DNA from: Chrysomallon squamiferum
Lineage: Eukaryota > Animalia > Mollusca
DNA: 64,000 nucleotides
Assembly: GCA_012295275.1 (NCBI GenBank)
Contig: CM022671.1
Span: 17,236,001 to 17,300,000, forward strand
Reading direction: 5' to 3'
Shown here: in pieces, positions 61,160 to 64,000 of the stretch
How positions within the stretch are numbered: the stretch's first letter is position 1
Layout of the letters: each line of letters begins with the position of its first letter
Notes under the pieces: model-generated
What the model was told of the DNA's origin: nothing
Seen by the model: only the letters and a program-made list of their open reading frames with translations
Databases searched by the model: none
Program-made: the position numbers and the translations under genes

Positions 61160-62460
61160 TCCTTGAAACGTGAACAAATTAGTTTGTTAAATATTGTCAT
61201 TGAAACGTGAACAATGTAGTTTGTTAAATATTGTCATTGAAACGTGAACAATGTAGTTTGTTAAATATTGTCATTGAAACGTGAACAATGTAGTTTGTTA
61301 AATATTGTCATTGAAACGTGAACAATGCAGTTTTTTAAATATTGTCATTGAAACGTGAACAAATTAGTTTGTTAAATACTGTCCTTGAAACGTGAACAAT
61401 GCAGTTTTTTAAATATTGTCATTGAAACGTGAACAAATTAGTTTGTTAAATATTGTCATTGAAACGTGAACAATGTAGTTTGTTAAATATTGTCATTGAA
61501 ACGTGAACAATGCAGTTTTTTAAATATTGTCCTTGAAACGAGAACAAATTAGTTTTTTAAATTCTGTCCTTGAAACGTGAACAATTTTGTTTGTTAAATA
61601 TTGTCATTGAAACGTGAACAATTTTGTTTGTTAAATATTGTCATTGAAACGTGAATTTTTTGTTTATTAAATGTTAATACTGAAACGTGAATATTCTATT
61701 TTTTTAAATATTGTCATTGAAACGTGAATTGTTTGTTTGTTAAATGTTAATATTGAAACGTGAATATTCTGGGGGTTTTAATATTGTCATTGAAACGTGA
61801 ATTATCTGTTTATTAAATATTAATGAAACGTGAATAATGTATAATTGTCAAATATTGTCATTGAAACGTGAATTCTGTTTATTAAATATCAATGAAAGGT
61901 TAATAGTGTACAATTGTTAAATACTATCACTGAAAAGATAAACTTTCTCTTTATTAAATAACATTACTGAAGTGTGAATATTATTGTTTTCTAAACATGA
62001 ACACTGTGACTTTTAAATAAAATATTGAAATGTGAAAACTCTATTTATTAAGCATGTTGATTATATATCATCAAAATGTGAAGACTGTTAGACATGAAAT
62101 GTCATTGAAACGTGAGAATAGTGTATCATTAAATTATCAATGAAAAGTGAATTACCGCCAATAGTAAAAAATCATTAAAATGTGAAAACGCTATGTTTTA
62201 TTACCTCTGTAACGTTAGTCAATGTTTTTGATTGGAGACTATCATTGAAACGTGAATATTGTTTATTAAATAAAATTACTGAAACGCGAACATTGTGATT
62301 ATTAAAGAAAACCAATAAAGCGTAAATCAGTGAGATTAATCAAAGAGACATGACTACTGAGATCTATTAAAAATGTCATTGAAACGTGAATATTGTGTTA
62401 ATCAGGTAAAACCATTAAAAACGTGAATTTCGTGGTTTGTTAAACAATATGACAAAAACG
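61160..62460. repeat. 37-bp minisatellite, homogeneous at the 5' side and decaying toward the 3' side
   Basis: Unit CATTGAAACGTGAACAATGTAGTTTGTTAAATATTGT. The core TGAAACGTGAA is retained in many otherwise degenerate units. Confidence 0.95.
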
Positions 62461-62576
62461 TTAATATCGTTTGGGTTCATATGGAGAGGGTTTTTTTAAT
62501 ATATTATTTTTTTGGGGGGGGGAAATGGGGATTTTTTGGGAGGTAGAGTTTTGTTTGTTTGTTTTTTCTTTAAAAA

Positions 62577-62621
<45 letters not shown>

Positions 62622-63069
62622 CATCTCCCACGGTAGACATATCTAGATAAATATAAACCTAAGTCCATATGTCTGTATAAATGTTAGTCTTTGAGTTTAG
62701 TATGTCACTAACACTCAGTCAGATGGTTAGACTGTTTATCTCAGCCGACTGTTTTGTCATCGAGTCCGTCTTCTCGCTGTCCTGTAACTAATTTATCACA
62801 CACTTCATGGTACGTACTGTCCTACCCTATGTAGGTGCACATAGAAGATTTGTTGTTGAAGGTCGTCAAGAATTTTGTTGTGTTTGTTTATTATAATTTT
62901 TTTATATTTTTCCTGAACAGAGAACAAAAGACAAAAATCGCTATTCCAGATAACAAAACATTATATAAATAAATACATGATAAATAGGTATAATTTTATC
63001 GATTACATTTTCTTTACATACACTTTTACTTGAGTGTTTAACGTTTCTAGAATTAGCTCTAGCTTAATG

Positions 63070-63074
<5 letters not shown>

Positions 63075-63123
<49 letters not shown>

Positions 63124-63493
63124 TAGAGAGAGAGAGAGAGAGATAATACATATACATATACAACACAAATATACACATATACATACATATATATGTGTGT
63201 GTGTGTGTGTGTCTGTGTCTCTGTATCTGTGTGTGTGACTGTGTGTGTTTATTCGTGCGTGTTATAATTTTTATATATGTTCCCACAGTCTACTGTTCAA
63301 TATATCTTAAATTTACTTTTGATTTTTTTTAAAAAGCACACCTATAAATAGCTCTAAAAAGGCGTAGTGAAAATGTACTGTCTTTTAATGATTTTCATTG
63401 AAATGAAGATTCCAGAGACATCGGTAATTATCAGTTAATAGAGTGTTATTAAAAATAAGTACAGGTATCACTAAATATGTAGAAATACACTTG

Positions 63494-63556
<63 letters not shown>

Positions 63557-63631
63557 CATATATATATATAAAAACAAAACACACATATATATATATATGT
63601 ATGAATGTATGTCTGTATGTATGTATGTGGG

Positions 63632-63662
<31 letters not shown>

Positions 63663-63796
63663 GTGTATGTATGTATGTATATAATAAACACACACACACG
63701 CACACACATAAACACACATATATATATATATATACTGGAACTCGACCAATGTACAAACACACACACACACATATATAAATATATATACAAAACAAA

Positions 63797-63843
<47 letters not shown>

Positions 63844-63845
63844 TC
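63075..63845. repeat. Compound (TG)n/(TA)n/(CA)n/(CT)n microsatellite region
   Basis: Visible directly in the sequence. Confidence 0.9.
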
Positions 63846-64000
63846 ATATAAGGACAAGTATATACTTTTAGCAATATTATACGGAATATTTATTACGTGA
63901 ATTGTCTGTTCATTTAATAATAAATAATATTACTGGAACTCGACTAACGTACACAATTACGAAACGATCACGACAGTACGTATTTACATTTTAACAACGA

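Noticed and set aside
61160-62460. CRISPR-like appearance (ATTGAAAC repeated every 37 bp)
   Set aside because: The intervening sequences are homologous to each other rather than unique spacers, there are no cas genes, and the context is eukaryotic.

Overview
AT-rich, microsatellite-saturated animal genomic DNA. A lophotrochozoan or mollusc-like origin is an inference from composition and repeat content only. The only well-supported protein-coding gene is a minus-strand class A (rhodopsin-family) GPCR of the melatonin-receptor-like group. One GC-rich exon encoding ECL1 and TM3-TM7 plus the C-tail (20351-21171) is preceded by two intact, paralogous N-terminus/TM1/TM2 exons (35710-35968 and 41097-41349). 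Both end in the same phase-1 donor G|GTAAGTGG and both splice in frame to the single downstream exon, which suggests a variable-exon/constant-exon receptor. The first ~13 kb is a large degenerate inverted duplication containing a 193-bp island that is 98% identical between arms and bounded by splice-site-like sequences. Other content: an internally deleted Tigger/pogo DNA transposon with TIRs and TA target duplication, a decayed RTE-clade LINE fragment, several minisatellites (one seeded from the receptor's splice donor), short dispersed repeats and many simple repeats. Nearly all ORFs in the supplied track are translations of microsatellites.
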